This document shows positions 28,343 through 44,869 of a stretch of 64,000 nt of DNA, in pieces. Under the pieces are notes generated by a model that worked only from the letters and a program-made list of their open reading frames with translations, made no database searches and had not been told where the DNA came from. The position numbers were made by a program, and so were the translations under genes. Positions within the stretch are counted from its first letter, which is position 1, and the number at the start of each line of letters is the position of its first letter. Source of the stretch: Octopus vulgaris (lineage: Eukaryota); assembly GCA_951406725.2 (NCBI GenBank), contig OX597835.1, positions 28,954,001-29,018,000 on the forward strand, given 5' to 3'.

Positions 28343-28558
28343 ATTTCTTTACTACCCACAAGGGGCTAAACGTAGGGGGCACAAACAAGGACAGACAAAG
28401 GGATTAAGTCGACTACATCGACCCCAGTGCGTAACTGGTACTTAATTTATCGACCCCAAAATGATGAAAGGCAAAGTCGACCTCGGAACGTAACGGCAGA
28501 CGAAATACGGCTACGCATTTCGTTCGGCGTGCTAACGTTTCTGCCAGCTCGCCACCTT
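28343..28558 (-). mobile_element. SINE family A monomer
   Basis: Head and GCCCCTTGTGGGTAGTAAAGAAATA tail on the minus strand; short internal deletion of the B box. Confidence 0.85.
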
Positions 28559-28877
28559 ATATATGAATATATGAATATAACCATACACACACGTGCACGC
28601 ATGCGTACATAAATTTACACATGATACACACAATTTTTGTCTTTTTTTCTTGCTTCAGTCATTAGATTTTGGCCAGTCTGGGGCAACCCCGTTGAACAAT
28701 TTTAGTCGAACTTAGTAACTTAAGACAGATAATTATTCTGTCAGGCTCTTTTACAGAACTGGTATGTACGAGGAGGCGACCGCATCCCCATACCCCGGTT
28801 GTCAGTCGGAGGTGGAAGACAAACACACACACACACACACACACACATACATACAGACATATATACATATATATATA

Positions 28878-30502
28878 CAGTTGCGGCCAAAATGTTCAGA
28901 ACGGCATTGTTTTTGTCAGAAAGGTAAGTAAAAGTTTTTATTAAAGTTGTTTTATATTCTATAATTTTCACAGACAATAAATACGATATTAATTGGTATT
29001 GTCTGAGATTTTGGTGTAATTTGAGTGGATAATACAAAAGTTATGGATGATTTAGTGATTTACTGCAAAACCCATGGTGGCCAAAATGATCAGAACGGTT
29101 GAAAAAATAACAAAATAATCAAAAAGTGACAGAGAATGCTGGAATTATTTCATATTTAGTGTGAAGCCCTTTAGCTTCAATCAAAGTTTGATATTTTCGA
29201 CTGCATGGGGAAATTAAATTTTCAATTTCTTGCTGGATGATCTTATTCCACTCTTCCTGAAGGGCATTCCATAATTGCTCGGTTGTTTTAGGATTTCTGG
29301 CTTTCAAACGTTCTTCTAGAATATTTCACATATTTTCAATAGGATTGAGGTCTGGACTTTGAGCAGGCCAATCCATAACAATAACCTTTTCAGCCTTGAG
29401 GAAGTTCATGACCACCTTAGCCTTGTGACATGGGGCATTGTCCTGCATGAAAATGGGTGGTCGCTTAGTTGAATTTCTCAGCACAGGAAAGACATGATCT
29501 TTTACAAGTTGTTTATAAACTCCTGCATTTACCTTTCCATGTAATCGCAGCAAAGGGCCCACAACATCTCCAGATATCATCCCCCAAACCATGACACTTC
29601 CTCCACCGAATTTAACATTAGTCTTAAGGCATTTAGGTGACAATTTTTCACCTGCTTTTCGACGAACGTACCTTTTCTCATCTGAGCCAAATAACATAGA
29701 CTTAGATTTATCACTGAAATGCACCGTTTGCCATTTTTCTTGAGACCACAACACATGTTCGGTTGCAAAGGTAAGACGACACTTTTTATTCTTGGAGCTG
29801 ATCAGTGGCTTCACTGCAGGTGCTCTTGCTTGTAGGTCACATTCAACTAAAGGACGAGACACAGTTTTTCGAGATAAAGTTTTCTTCAGTACAATGCTCA
29901 TTTCCCGAAAAACAGCAGCAGCAGTTTTAAATCTTTCCTTTTTAACCAACTTTACCATAGCACGATCTTCTCTCTTGGTCGTTTTTCTTGGCCTACCTGT
30001 AGACTTTCTTGCTTCACACGAACCACAATCATCGTAGGTTAAGAATACCGTGAACAACACTTTTTGACTTGTTAACAATCTTTGCAATAGACCTAATACA
30101 TAAATTATCCTTCTTTCGAAGCTTAATAATCTGCTGACGAATTGGTAACGGAGTAAGTGGCATTATATTAACAAAGTACACTGCAGATATTCTTACTAAT
30201 GTTTAGTAAACGAACTGTCACGTAAACAAATTCAAAACATTAGAGTTCGACGGTTAAATATACTAAAACATGGAGTAAAAGCAACCGTTCTGATCATTTT
30301 GGCCGCCATGGGTTTTGCAGTAAATCACTAAATCATCCATAACTTTTTTATTATCCTCTCAAATTACACCAAAACCTCAGACAATAACAAATAATATCGT
30401 ATTTATTGTCTGTGAAAATTATAGAATATAAACTAACTTTGATAAAAACTTATATCTACTTTTCTGACGAAAACAATGCCGTTCTGAACATTTTGGCCGC
30501 AA

Positions 30503-30505
<3 letters not shown>
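28878..30505 (-). mobile_element. Tc1-like DNA transposon, near full length (1628 bp), IR/DR type
   Basis: TA|CAGTTGCGGCCAAAATGTTCAGAACGG...CCGTTCTGAACATTTTGGCCGCAACTG|TA; about 224-bp TIRs (28878-29101, 30282-30505), each with an inner direct repeat GGCCAAAATGATCAGAACGG. Confidence 0.95.
29150..30163 (-). pseudogene. Tc1 DD34E transposase, disrupted
   Basis: GRPRKTT linker, HFSD, FMQDNAPCH...SPDLNPIEN with 34 residues between D and E. Premature TGA after ENM and a disrupted N terminus; the C terminus continues in frame (ORF 29119-29307). Confidence 0.92.
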
Positions 30506-30538
<33 letters not shown>

Positions 30539-30699
30539 GTATGTATGTAAGTATGTACGACTGGTTCTTCCAGTTTCCATCCACCAAATCTACATAGAAG
30601 GCGTTAAGTCATTGGCAGACAGATGTGCTCTGTGTCACGCAGTGGGACTGAACCCGGAACCATATGGCTGGGAAAGTAAACTACATAACATACAACCAT

Positions 30700-31148
30700 A
30701 CCATACATACACACACACACACATACATCCACACAGACATACACAATGCATGCATACTTACACAAACATACATACATGCATACATACATACGCACACACA
30801 TATATGCACACATACATATACAATGCATGCATACATACATAAATGCATAAACACATACATGCATGCATGCGTACATACATACATACATGCATACATACAT
30901 AAGTACGTACATACATACATGCATACCTACATACCTACATACATACATACATACATACATACACACATACATACATACATATATACATACATACATACAT
31001 ACATACATACATACATACATACATACATACATACATACATACATACATACATACTTACATACATACATACACATACATACATACATACATACATACATAC
31101 ATACATACATACATACATACATACATACATACATACATACATACATAC

Positions 31149-31179
<31 letters not shown>

Positions 31180-31382
31180 CATACATACATACATACATAC
31201 ATACATACATACATACTCACATGCATACATATTCAAAGCATGAATGGAATTCTAAGAATTTGTAAAACTTTCCAGAAGTTTATCATTTAAATATATACGA
31301 GCATGTGTAGGTATGCAACTGTATGCATGAGAACACATGCATAAAACAAAACATACACATCTTCACGTGCAATAGCTCCAAA

Positions 31383-31425
<43 letters not shown>

Positions 31426-31834
31426 TACACACACATAGATACCAAAATACCAGGTTGTTCATGCTGGAATTCCAATGAAGGTGCCTCGGATCTAGGTTAG
31501 AAACCGGCTCTTTCTCTATTTACAAGAAATCTTGAAATGAAAGCGAACCATAATATACATACGTACATACATTCGTACGCTCATACATTCGTACGTACAT
31601 ACATACATACCTACATACATACATACCTACATACATGCATACATACTTACATACGTACATACATATATACCGACCTACATACATACATACATGCATACAT
31701 ACATACCTACATACATACATACATACCTACTACATACATACATACATACTTACATACATACATACATATATACCGACCTACATACATACATACATACATA
31801 CTTACATACATACATATATACCGACCTACATACA

Positions 31835-31868
<34 letters not shown>

Positions 31869-32190
31869 CCGACCTACATACATACATACATACATACATA
31901 CATACATACATACATACATACATTCATGCATACATACATACATATATTCATACACACACATACATACATACATACATACATACATACATACATACATACA
32001 TACATACATACATACATACATGCATACATACATGCATACATACTTACATACATACATGCATACATACCTATCTACCTACCTACCTACCTACCTACCTACA
32101 TACATACATACATACATACATACATACATACATACATACATACATACATACATACATACATACATACATACATACATACATACATACAGA
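30700..32190. repeat. Two long (TACA)n arrays (about 30700-31230 and 31555-32190)
   Basis: Direct reading; the second array has a recurring variant unit CATATATACCGACCTA. Confidence 0.95.
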
Positions 32191-32389
32191 GAGCAGGCAA
32201 GCAGGTAAGAAGACAGACAGGCGGGCAGGCAGGCAGACAGGCACGAGCTTTATATTAAACACAACCTACAAGTTTAGTACTTACTATTCACATTTATAGT
32301 TTCTCTGAAACGTCAGGTGATGAGGAGAAGACTAACATTTTTGATGTAAAAGAATTTGATGTCGGTTGTTGCTTTTGTGCCCTAATTTT

Positions 32390-35330
<2,941 letters not shown>

Positions 35331-36114
35331 AGTGTAAGTGAGTGTGCCAAGGTAAACTATGTAATTAAATCCACAGCAGGGTTTCATGCAGCTATCTCAG
35401 AGAATATTTGCGATCTTCAGTGAATGTGAAGCATGTAATAATACGATATGTAAAACAGTGAATGTACGTGACTGGTTATGTGACGTATAATGCCAGCCCG
35501 ATGTGATGGCCTGATTGTTAAAATTGTCAGTTGTTTTTGTTGTTGTTGTTGTTACTGTTTTTGTTCGCTTTTGGCCTCAGTTCGTCAACCTTAATTCCTA
35601 AAATGAACTCCGTCTTCATTATGACCATTCCGATATTTATTGAGGCACGATTTAAAGATGGATCCTTTTGGAGAATATGCTTTTTTGCTTTTTTTTTGTT
35701 TTTTGTTTGTTTTTATAGAAGACTCTCCTGTCCGGTATGAGTAAGATTTCGCTGTTAATTCCGGCAGATCGAGTTGCGATAGAATGATAAAATAGAAGGA
35801 CATCACGCAAAATAGTATAGTGGTGTTTGTTTTACATTTCGAGCTCAAATTCCGATTAACTTGTCTTTACATTTCGCTATTCTTTGATCGATAACTGAAT
35901 AACCAATCAGTGTTACTCACGTGCGCACGCGTACATGCACACACACATACACACATACTCACACGCACATCAAAGCAAAAACGGATAAAAGATCCTTCAG
36001 ATCCTTCCCAATGGCTCATAAGGCCGGTTAACCGGATTTTCCTATATATAATATATATATATATATATTATATATATATATATATAATATATATATTATA
36101 TATATATGTATGTA

Positions 36115-36262
36115 CTCTTTACTTGTTTCAGTCATTTGACTGTGGCCATACTGGAGCACCGCCTTTAGTCGATCGAGAAATTCGACCCCGGACTTATTCT
36201 TTTGTAAGCCTCGTACTTATTCTATCGGTCTCATTTGCCGAACGGCGAAATTACGGGGACAT
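36115..36262 (-). mobile_element. SINE family B 3' fragment
   Basis: ACTTGTTTCAGTCATTTGACTG...GACTTATTCTTTTGTAAGCC. Confidence 0.8.
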
Positions 36263-36349
36263 AATTTAGGCTGTAGTTTCCGGCTCGGAATTTCTGGAAC
36301 CACTGTTGACACTGGCTTACCCTTGTTATCCGATCACTATATAAAACCC

Positions 36350-36543
36350 GGTGAAACATAATCCTATTGTAACTGTTGATGAACTAGCAGAGAAGCTTAG
36401 ATTTGGTCATTCAACCATTAGATTTGGTCATTCATCAACACCTGCGTGCCATCAGAAAACCACCATTTTTGGTTTCAAGCTGAATGGTGTTCTTCCATTA
36501 GGATAATGCTCGGCTTCATACAGCAAGGATAATATTCCAAAGG
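36350..36543 (+). pseudogene. Internally deleted mariner transposase relic
   Basis: VKHNPIVTVDELAEKLRFGHSTI..HQHLRAIRK (HTH) followed by VFFH*DNARLHTAR. Confidence 0.7.
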
Positions 36544-38375
36544 AGTGATCTAGTGCGGAACGTTCTAGTTGTCTGATCAAGGACCGATAACTGGTCCAGC
36601 ATTCAAACTCGTACAGAAGGCTGGATAATCTGTCAGCTTGGTAAACAGAGAACGTTGAACTTGTTCTGTGTTTCTTGTTCTTGAAGACTCATTCGCTGAG
36701 TCTCCCGAAATATAGAGTTGATTCGATGGAGTATTGCCTCGTCAAGGAGTCGAGTGTTAAAGCTTGTGCTTCTAAAGTATGAATGAGTCTGTCTGCCGTA
36801 GAGGAGTTTTATCAATAAGTATATATTTGTGAACGTATGATTGTGTACGTGTGTGTATATGTACATATAAACGCCACAAAAAGAAAAGGAAGTCCATGGA
36901 GAACTGCCGTGCAAGCTACACAAAGCACACTGTCCTGACATCCACGTGGTTACCAACTAGCAACTGAGACAATGTGATGGTGAAACTGCCATATTCCTAT
37001 CTGAAATAGACTAAAAGAAAACTATCCTTGAACAGGTGTTGGTAAATATTAAATAATTTCGTTGATATATTACTGTCTGACCTCTGATCCCTGCTGCCAA
37101 CTTTAATTAATAGTTGATAATTTTTTTTAAAATGCGTAAGGGCATGTCGATAAATATAAACAAGCTGTCGTATTACGTTACGTAGTTTATTTAATGCTTG
37201 TATTATATTTCGGGAAAGATTTCCCTTATCAAATATAAAAATGATCCAAGAATTCAGAGAAAAAGTATTATCGTGGAATACATTCTGAATTCTAAATCAG
37301 AAATAAAGTTTATGAGTTCAAACACCACCAATTGAATTTTGCAACTGATCCATCTTGCATCGATATAAAAATAGCTGCAGTTAATTACGAGATTTAATGA
37401 TATTAACTAACCCCCTTCTCCCAGAATTGCTGGCGTTGTGCCCAAACCGCAAAGCACTATTATGAGTTTCTAATCCCGCCAAGATCAACTTTAAAATTTA
37501 TCCGTCATGGGTCGACAAAATAAAGTAACAGTCTAAGTTCAGTTGTATCGGCTCCTCTCTTCAAAATTACTGGCTGTGTGCCGAAATCAAGAACCATTCA
37601 TTCACTCGGGAAAATGGTATGTTAGAATTCTTATTCACTGCAACTCTACTACAATATAATCCACTGCCGCCATTCGCACAAATTCAGTTTCGCTAATTGT
37701 TGTTACTTTTCCTTTCTATTTGTACTTTATTCTCCAGAACCTTTCAATCAGAATCGATAGATTGTCCGCATTTGCTGCGAGACTCATTCAAAATGTGAGA
37801 TATGTAGATTACTCAATTATTGCTACTGGGTTAGTCCGGCATTATCTACTGCAGTAGTAAACCCCCAAGTTTTCAACTCCATCAATAAGACACTAGTTTT
37901 TTTAACTCCCACAATTTGCGATGCGCCCTAAATTTTCTTTTCCAGAAGAGAGCGTTTATATTTCACTGCGGCAGTGTACACACAACTTCCTGTTCCATAT
38001 CTTATATCTGCTGACTTCGTTTGAGGAAAATAAGACAACAGCAACAACAACATCGACATAACCAGCAAATACAATATAAAAAAAAAGATAGGAAAAGGAT
38101 AAAAAAAAACCTGCAAAAAAAAACTTTGCTCCAGTTGCATATTGCTGGCGGCCATACACCGAAGAAAACGTTCCACCACCACCACGTCCACCACCTCGAA
38201 CTGACCTCGCAATAATGTATACCGGATATACAAGAAGCAAAGCAGCATTTGATATGAAATCTAGATTCATATACTGAATTACTTATGGAACAGTCACTGT
38301 GCATGTACGCAAGTATTTATGTGAGTATGTATGTGTATATATGCATGCATGTATGTATGCATCTATATATATGTG

Positions 38376-38415
<40 letters not shown>

Positions 38416-38860
38416 TATTCACACATATAAGCGCACACACACACACGCACACACATACACACACACACATATATATATATATAAACATATCTCCGTGTGT
38501 GTATGTGTGTGTCCGGTTGCGTGCGTGCGTGTGTAGGAACGCACATATGGGTGAGCGGTTAAGAAGCTCGCTTTACAACAATGAGGTCCCAAGTTCGAGG
38601 GAACGGCGCGGCATCTTATGTAAGCCCGTACTATAGCCTGGTCACAGTCTAAGCCGTGTGAATGAATCTTGGAACAGGAAAATATTCTCGTTAGATGCAC
38701 CACAAAATTTCATTCATTTACAATTATATTCCATGAAATTATTAGTTGCTAAATTAACGTCGCTAGATATTACACAGGCTGGCTATGGACTCGGTGTAGT
38801 TCACTGTATGTGTATGCGTGTATATGCATGCATGCTGGTATACATACATACATGCATACA

Positions 38861-38891
<31 letters not shown>

Positions 38892-38911
38892 CTCTGTACA
38901 TACGTAAATAC

Positions 38912-38970
<59 letters not shown>

Positions 38971-38974
38971 TCAT

Positions 38975-39408
38975 TCTTTTATTTATTTCAGTCATTTGAC
39001 TGCGGCCATGCTGGAGCACCGCCTTTAGTCGAGCAAATCGACCCCAGGACTTGTTCTTTGTAAGCCTAGTACTTATTCTATCGGTCTCTTTTGCCGACCC
39101 ACTAAGTTACAGGGACGTAAACACACCAACATCGGTGCTGAAGCGATGGCGGGAGAACAAGCACACACACATACAATCATACATAGTTACACAGACACAC
39201 ACACACACACACGCACACACACACAGACACACACACACACATATATATATACGACGGGCTTCTCTCTGTTTCCGTCTACCAAATCCACTCACAAAGCCTT
39301 GGATGGCCAGAGGCTATAGTAGAAGACACTTGCCCAAGGTGCCACGCAGTAGGACTGAACCCGGAACCACGTGGTTGGAAAGCAAGCTTCTTGCCACATA
39401 CCCACGCC
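38975..39408 (-). mobile_element. SINE family B, near full length
   Basis: Both halves contiguous around the internal TA/CA tract. Confidence 0.85.
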
Positions 39409-39443
39409 TCTCTCTGTCACTCTGTCTCTCTGTCTGTCTCTGT

Positions 39444-39478
<35 letters not shown>

Positions 39479-39886
39479 AACTCACACATCTATATATATA
39501 GTTGAAACTTAAAGAAGCAAAAGACCAAGACAGGTATGTAAACAACAAACAGATGTATTAGTTTAACGCTCGGATAGGTGTGAAAATCTTTTACGTTTCG
39601 AGCCTACGGTCTTTAACAGAAAGGAACACGAGAAAGTAGAGAGAGAGAGAAGAAAAAAAGAAAGCTTTAGTAGCTATCAATCATGGAAAAAGAGACAAGG
39701 TAGAAAATGCTAAAATAATTTTATCATGAAGAACATTTTGTTACCGGTTTCAGTCTTTGCGCCTTTTTCAACTTAGAATTAATCATGAAAAACAATTAAA
39801 TTGTGAGAAAATGAAATGAAATGTTATTCTAGAATATTTCTCTAGTTTTTAAATACAAGGGACATTTTCCGCTTTTCTGTCTCTCT

Positions 39887-39937
<51 letters not shown>

Positions 39938-40324
39938 TTTTGGAAGGCTCGGTAGGTAGTAGCAGATCTATAAGAATATGTGATGTGAGGGGTGTTAGTT
40001 CTTAGTTTTGATTATTTAAGCAGCGGTAGACGAGGATGGAGACGGCGGGGAAAAAATCACATCTTTAATTGATGACTTCACTAACTATATATCACTGACG
40101 ATCATTTTTAATGCTGCACCTATTGAGAGGTCCAGAATAACATGGAAACTAATATATCCGAAAATGTATGCGAACACAATGTTGTCAAAGTAACACAATT
40201 ACGTTGGATGTTAATTCTATTTGAATTTATTTATTTGATTGTTCGACGTAGCTAAGCAAGTTCGCATAATGCCGAGTATTTTTCAGATATCTACTCGGAA
40301 ATTTTTAATCCCTTTCACCGCTAG

Positions 40325-40397
<73 letters not shown>

Positions 40398-40486
40398 CAA
40401 AACCACTATTATGCAAATCAAACAAAGAAAGACTTAATCCTATACATAAAATTTTTTTTTATATAAATTAAATTAAATTAAATTCG

Positions 40487-40532
40487 CCACTACAATTGTT
40501 TCGTGTCTCTTCTAAGGACATTCATCAGGTGG
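40487..40532 (-). ncRNA. Type I hammerhead ribozyme motif
   Basis: Minus strand CCAC-CTGATGA-aTGTC...GACAc-GAAA-C-AATT-G-TA-GTGG. Confidence 0.75.
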
Positions 40533-40589
40533 TATTCAGATCTTCTATTCAATTTGAAGTTAATCAGACAGTTTTTGCTATAGCAAAAA

Positions 40590-40627
40590 CTGTCTGATGA
40601 ACGGCAACGAGAAACTCAGAGTAACAG
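40590..40627 (+). ncRNA. Type I hammerhead ribozyme motif
   Basis: CTGT-CTGATGA-aCGgcaaCGa-GAAA-CTCAGAG-TA-ACAG; weak stem II. Confidence 0.6.
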
Positions 40628-40659
40628 ATTTTGTTGAATTTTCTGCTGCTTTAAATAAA

Positions 40660-40698
<39 letters not shown>

Positions 40699-40824
40699 CA
40701 CTGCTTATTAAAAATAACCATTAATTACTGCCATCGTCGTTGTTGTTGCTTTTATTTTTGTTGTTGTTGTTGCTGTTGTTACTTACCTTCAGATCAAATT
40801 AGATGAAACAGACCATATCATCTT

Positions 40825-41010
40825 GGTCCTTTTTTCACAACCTTTTTTCACTTGCGGCACACTTATATTCTTTTCAAAGTTCGGCGGCACACCTGAACGA
40901 AAAATATAACTGAGAATATAGGGGAAAAAATCTACCCAGGTTACACTGTGGCACATCTAGCATTGCCTCGTGGTACACCAGTGTGCCGCCGCATGCCGGT
41001 TGTGGAGCAT
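40825..41010. mobile_element. Decayed hAT-type MITE
   Basis: CAACCTTTTTT...GCGGCACAC repeats...GTGTGCCGC..CCGGTTG layout resembles Charlie-type non-autonomous elements. Confidence 0.4.
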
Positions 41011-41627
41011 ATTATCTAGAGTATTCTATCCGAGGCCATTCCTTCGTTTTCGTATATCATTCTTTTTTGTTTAGTTTTACATTTCTTTTTATTTACATTT
41101 CTCCAACGTTATTAGTTAGGATTCAACTGTTATTTCTAGCAAGTCAAGCCCACACTGTTTCCTCCTTTGGCTCTTAATTAAGAGCCAATAATCAAACGGA
41201 GATCAATAAAATCGATTAAATTGATTGAATCAAATCCAACTATGTTTACACTCAATTCTGACTGACACTGTTAGACATACAGAGTTCCACAAAGTTGTTC
41301 GTCTTATTATTGTTGTTTGTAATTAGCCACAGTTGTTGTTGTTGTTGTTGTTGTTGCTGCTGCTGCTGCTATTACTGCTTGACACGGTGCCATAGTAGTT
41401 GCAGTTGTCTTTTCTTTTTTAAGCTGTAGCTGTTACTGTTGTTGTTGTTTATGTTGCTTTCTACTGCCGCCGCCGCCGCCGCTGTGGCTGTTGTTGTTGT
41501 TGTAGTTGCTGTTGCTGTTCTTATTGTTTAACATTGTTGTTGTTTTTGTTCTTGCTTTGCCTTATCGCCCTTCTCGTTGCTCTTCTTTTCTATCGACTGT
41601 GCTGCTGTTGCTGCTGCTTCAGTAATG

Positions 41628-41679
<52 letters not shown>

Positions 41680-41893
41680 ACGGTGTTAGTGGTAGTATTA
41701 GTTGTAGTAATAGTAGTAGTGATGGTGGTCGTGGTGGTTGTCGTGGTGGTGGTCGTGGTGGGGGTAGCAGTAGTAGCAGTTATAATAGTTGTTGTTGCTG
41801 TTGTTCCTGCTGTTGTTGTTGTTGAAAGCTTTGTTTTGTTTTCCTTGATAATGCTAATGAGTCAATATTTTGCCAAAAAAGTTATAAACCAGC

Positions 41894-41910
41894 CAGCGCC
41901 CTCTATTGGT
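41894..41910 (-). promoter_or_regulatory. Candidate CTCF-type motif
   Basis: Minus strand ACCAATAGAGGGCGCTG against the core CCASYAGRKGGCRS (one mismatch), in non-repetitive sequence. Confidence 0.3.
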
Positions 41911-42489
41911 CGCTTTTACCGAGTAGAGTTCACTGCTGATAGCAGATTTCAGTTTTGAACTTGAGCAATCTCCTTATCAAACAATGTCTATATAAAAAAA
42001 AAACAATACAAAAACCAACAACAAAACAAATGAAAGAACATTATTAACTTTATCGCTGCTGGTTTTCTATAAAATTCAGACCCAGTACTGAGAGTTACGA
42101 CATTTCGTAGTGATAAGCTTGAAAATGAGGACATCGCACTGCTAACACGAAAGTAAAGCACATTACTGACTTGTAGAACTTTGATATAATTGAGAGCAAT
42201 TGATATGTTCATGCCATATATATATATATATATAATATCATCTTTCTTTCCGATAGTGTCACACCACTAAACTTAGTGGGTGTTTAAGCAATGCGTTTGT
42301 GGATAGTTGATGAAATGGATGTGGCGCTGATGAGAAAGCAATAACTTCTTAAATATGTATATACACCCATTACCTGTTTTTTAAAAATATTTTCCATCGC
42401 ATTGACGTATATATAGACGTATTCCTATACAAACCATCGTATAATTTTCAGTGCTAGCTCTAAATTCTATAGAAAACCTGTAGAGATAG

Positions 42490-42890
42490 ACGTAGGAGTG
42501 GCTGTGTGGTAAGTAGCTTTCTTACCAACCACATGGTTCCCAGTTCAGACCCACTGCGTGGCACCTTGGACATGTGTCTTCTACTATAGCCCCGGGCCAA
42601 CCAAAGCCTTGTGAGTGGATTTGCTAGACAGAAACTGAAAGAAGCCTGTCGTATATATGTATGTGTGTGTGTATATGTTTGTATGTCTGTGTTTGTCCCC
42701 CCAACATCACTTGACGACCGATGCTGGTATGTTTACGTCCCCGTAACTCAGCGTTTCGGCAAAAGAGACCGATAGATACTAGGCTTACAAAGAATAAGTC
42801 CTGGGGTCGATTTGCTCGACTAAAGGTCGTGCTCCAGTATGGCCGCAGTCAAGTGACTGAAACAAGTAAAAGAGTAAAAAGAGTAAAGAG
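42490..42890 (+). mobile_element. SINE family B, full length
   Basis: AGGAGTGGCTGTGTGGTAAG...CTGAAACAAGTAAAAGAGTAAAAAGAG. Confidence 0.88.
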
Positions 42891-43299
42891 AGATAAAATT
42901 TAAAATGGGAAAATCGAATTCTCAACACAAAACTGAGGTTCAATATTGACTTGTAAATCTTTAATATACTTGGTAGTATATTACGGTTACAAAAACGTAA
43001 TACTGTGTGCCTGCTAACAATTATTAAGTGAAAGAACGTGCCACAACAACGAAAATATCAACAAAAATGGCTGGATTTAAAGATTGGGAGAGCTAGGAAA
43101 CTTCAGGCTTGGTTGGCTCCTTATACAAAGAAATTAAAATCCATGAAAAATGAAATTTATATCTCAAAATCCGCCTACAGCATGCGATTGAAATTGACTA
43201 GTTAACAAATCGAAAGTTTAAACGCATCTGTCAGTGCAAAACTTTGTTATCTAAACTAAATACTGCAAGTTTTACTAACTTAACGCAATATACTACAAC

Positions 43300-43892
43300 A
43301 AAACGACATTCGTTCTCTACTTGGCGTCTGAAAAATCTTCGATGATTTCTTGAAGCTGTATCGTCTTTAGAACATAGCTTTCTGCTGTATTTCCTCACAT
43401 GTTCCTGACATCCACTTCCGAATCTTCATACTTATCCTGACGTGATTTCAGAAATTTTCCAAGAAATCACCAAGATCCACCACATTAATCGGATCGAGTC
43501 CTTGACAAGCTTTATTTTTACTGTTAAACTGTACAAGAATTAAATTCCAGATCTGAGCCATTAAAACAGTTTCAAGACAGTTCACTTCGTTTGCCATTGT
43601 TTCAGCTAAATATCTTGCTTCAGATGTTTGTTCTAAATTATCTTCAATATCTCTGAGTGCAATACGAATGCAGTTATACCCACCCACAACGGTTTCAGTA
43701 ATACATACTCTTGTTGACCAATGAATTTCTGACAAGGACTTCAAGGTTAGTTCTCTCTCATTTTCTTCCAAAGAATTCATGAAATTTAACCATCTGTGTG
43801 TTAAATTTAACCATTTGTGTGTAGAAAAAGTGTATATCTTTTGTAAGAAGCTAAAACAGATAACAGCTTCGAGACAGCATGAAGCAGCAGCA
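43300..43892 (-). pseudogene. hAT-superfamily transposase relic
   Basis: ORF 43448-43780: LKSLSEIHWSTR (cf. LKSLSETRWSAR)...IRIAL...EARYL...LETVLMAQIWNLILVQFN. Confidence 0.7.
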
Positions 43893-43895
43893 TAT

Positions 43896-44090
43896 GTGGA
43901 GGCGCAATGGCCCAGTGGCTAGGGCAGCGGACTCGTGGTAGTAAGAACGCGGTTTCGATTCCCAGACTGGGTATTGCGAGTGTTTATTGAGCAACAACAC
44001 CTAAGCTCCACGAGGATCCGGCGGGAGATGTGTGGTGAACTCCGCTGTATTCTTTCACCACAACTTTCTCTCTCTCTTTCTTCCTACTTC
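43896..44090 (+). mobile_element. SINE family C, 5' part
   Basis: GGAGGCGCAATGGCCCAGTGG.TAGGGCAGCGGACTCG...GGTTTCGATTCCCAGAC; homologous to 51189-51501. Confidence 0.8.
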
Positions 44091-44869
44091 TGCCACAAAG
44101 CAGAGGAACCATAGTGTAACCCACTATGGTGTGGCAAACTTTCAGACCCTAGTTTAGATTGCGAATCCTCTGTACCCCAAGATGGTTCAGCTCTCCACCA
44201 GTTAAAAAAAAAACACCGTTTACGGAATGAGGATAACAACGTAGCTTTCGCGCCCGTGCAACCGCCAGTCTATCGCGTGTGGTGGGTGGATCTTCAAGTT
44301 GCCACACGCATTCTTAGTAGCTTAGAGTAGGCTCGAATTAGAGATTATTATTTGTGGCTTATGGCGTGAGTCCTGATTGGAAAAAGAAGAAGAGCAGCAT
44401 GTCCAAAAAGATTCAGCGAATGAGTAGCACAGGGAACGAAAATTGTAGCCAAGTTATTTTCCTTAAGTCTGGCATGCATTCCTATGAAGTGCTCTGAGAT
44501 ATTACTGGCGCTGTCATAAGACTGGTCCTGCAGTTGTCAAAATTTGTCCCCTATTTTCTTTTAAGAAATTCTAACTTAGACGTGGTTCGTGTTTCCGCTT
44601 TACGAAAACCAGTCTGGAAGTAAGTTAAAAGCCTTTCTATCAGCTTTCCAGAAGCAGTTTAACGCACCATGACTGTTGGTAGATCAACATGAGTGCAGTT
44701 TGGTGTTAAGTCTACAGACATTGACAAATTCTTGGCAGTTTTTAAAGTTTTGCTATAAAATGATTGATATATTTTGCAATCAGCAGAACTATTTCTTCGC
44801 AAATGGTAGGGATAGGTATGGCTGCTTACCACCTCCAGGATATATATATCACCGACGTCGTTGTCAACG

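Noticed and set aside
36552-36878. Possible solo LTR (TG...CA, AATAAG)
   Set aside because: No target-site duplication and no second copy in the window.
44100-44830. Possible LINE 5' UTR and RT fragment
   Set aside because: Only faint resemblance after assuming several frameshifts; not supportable by eye.
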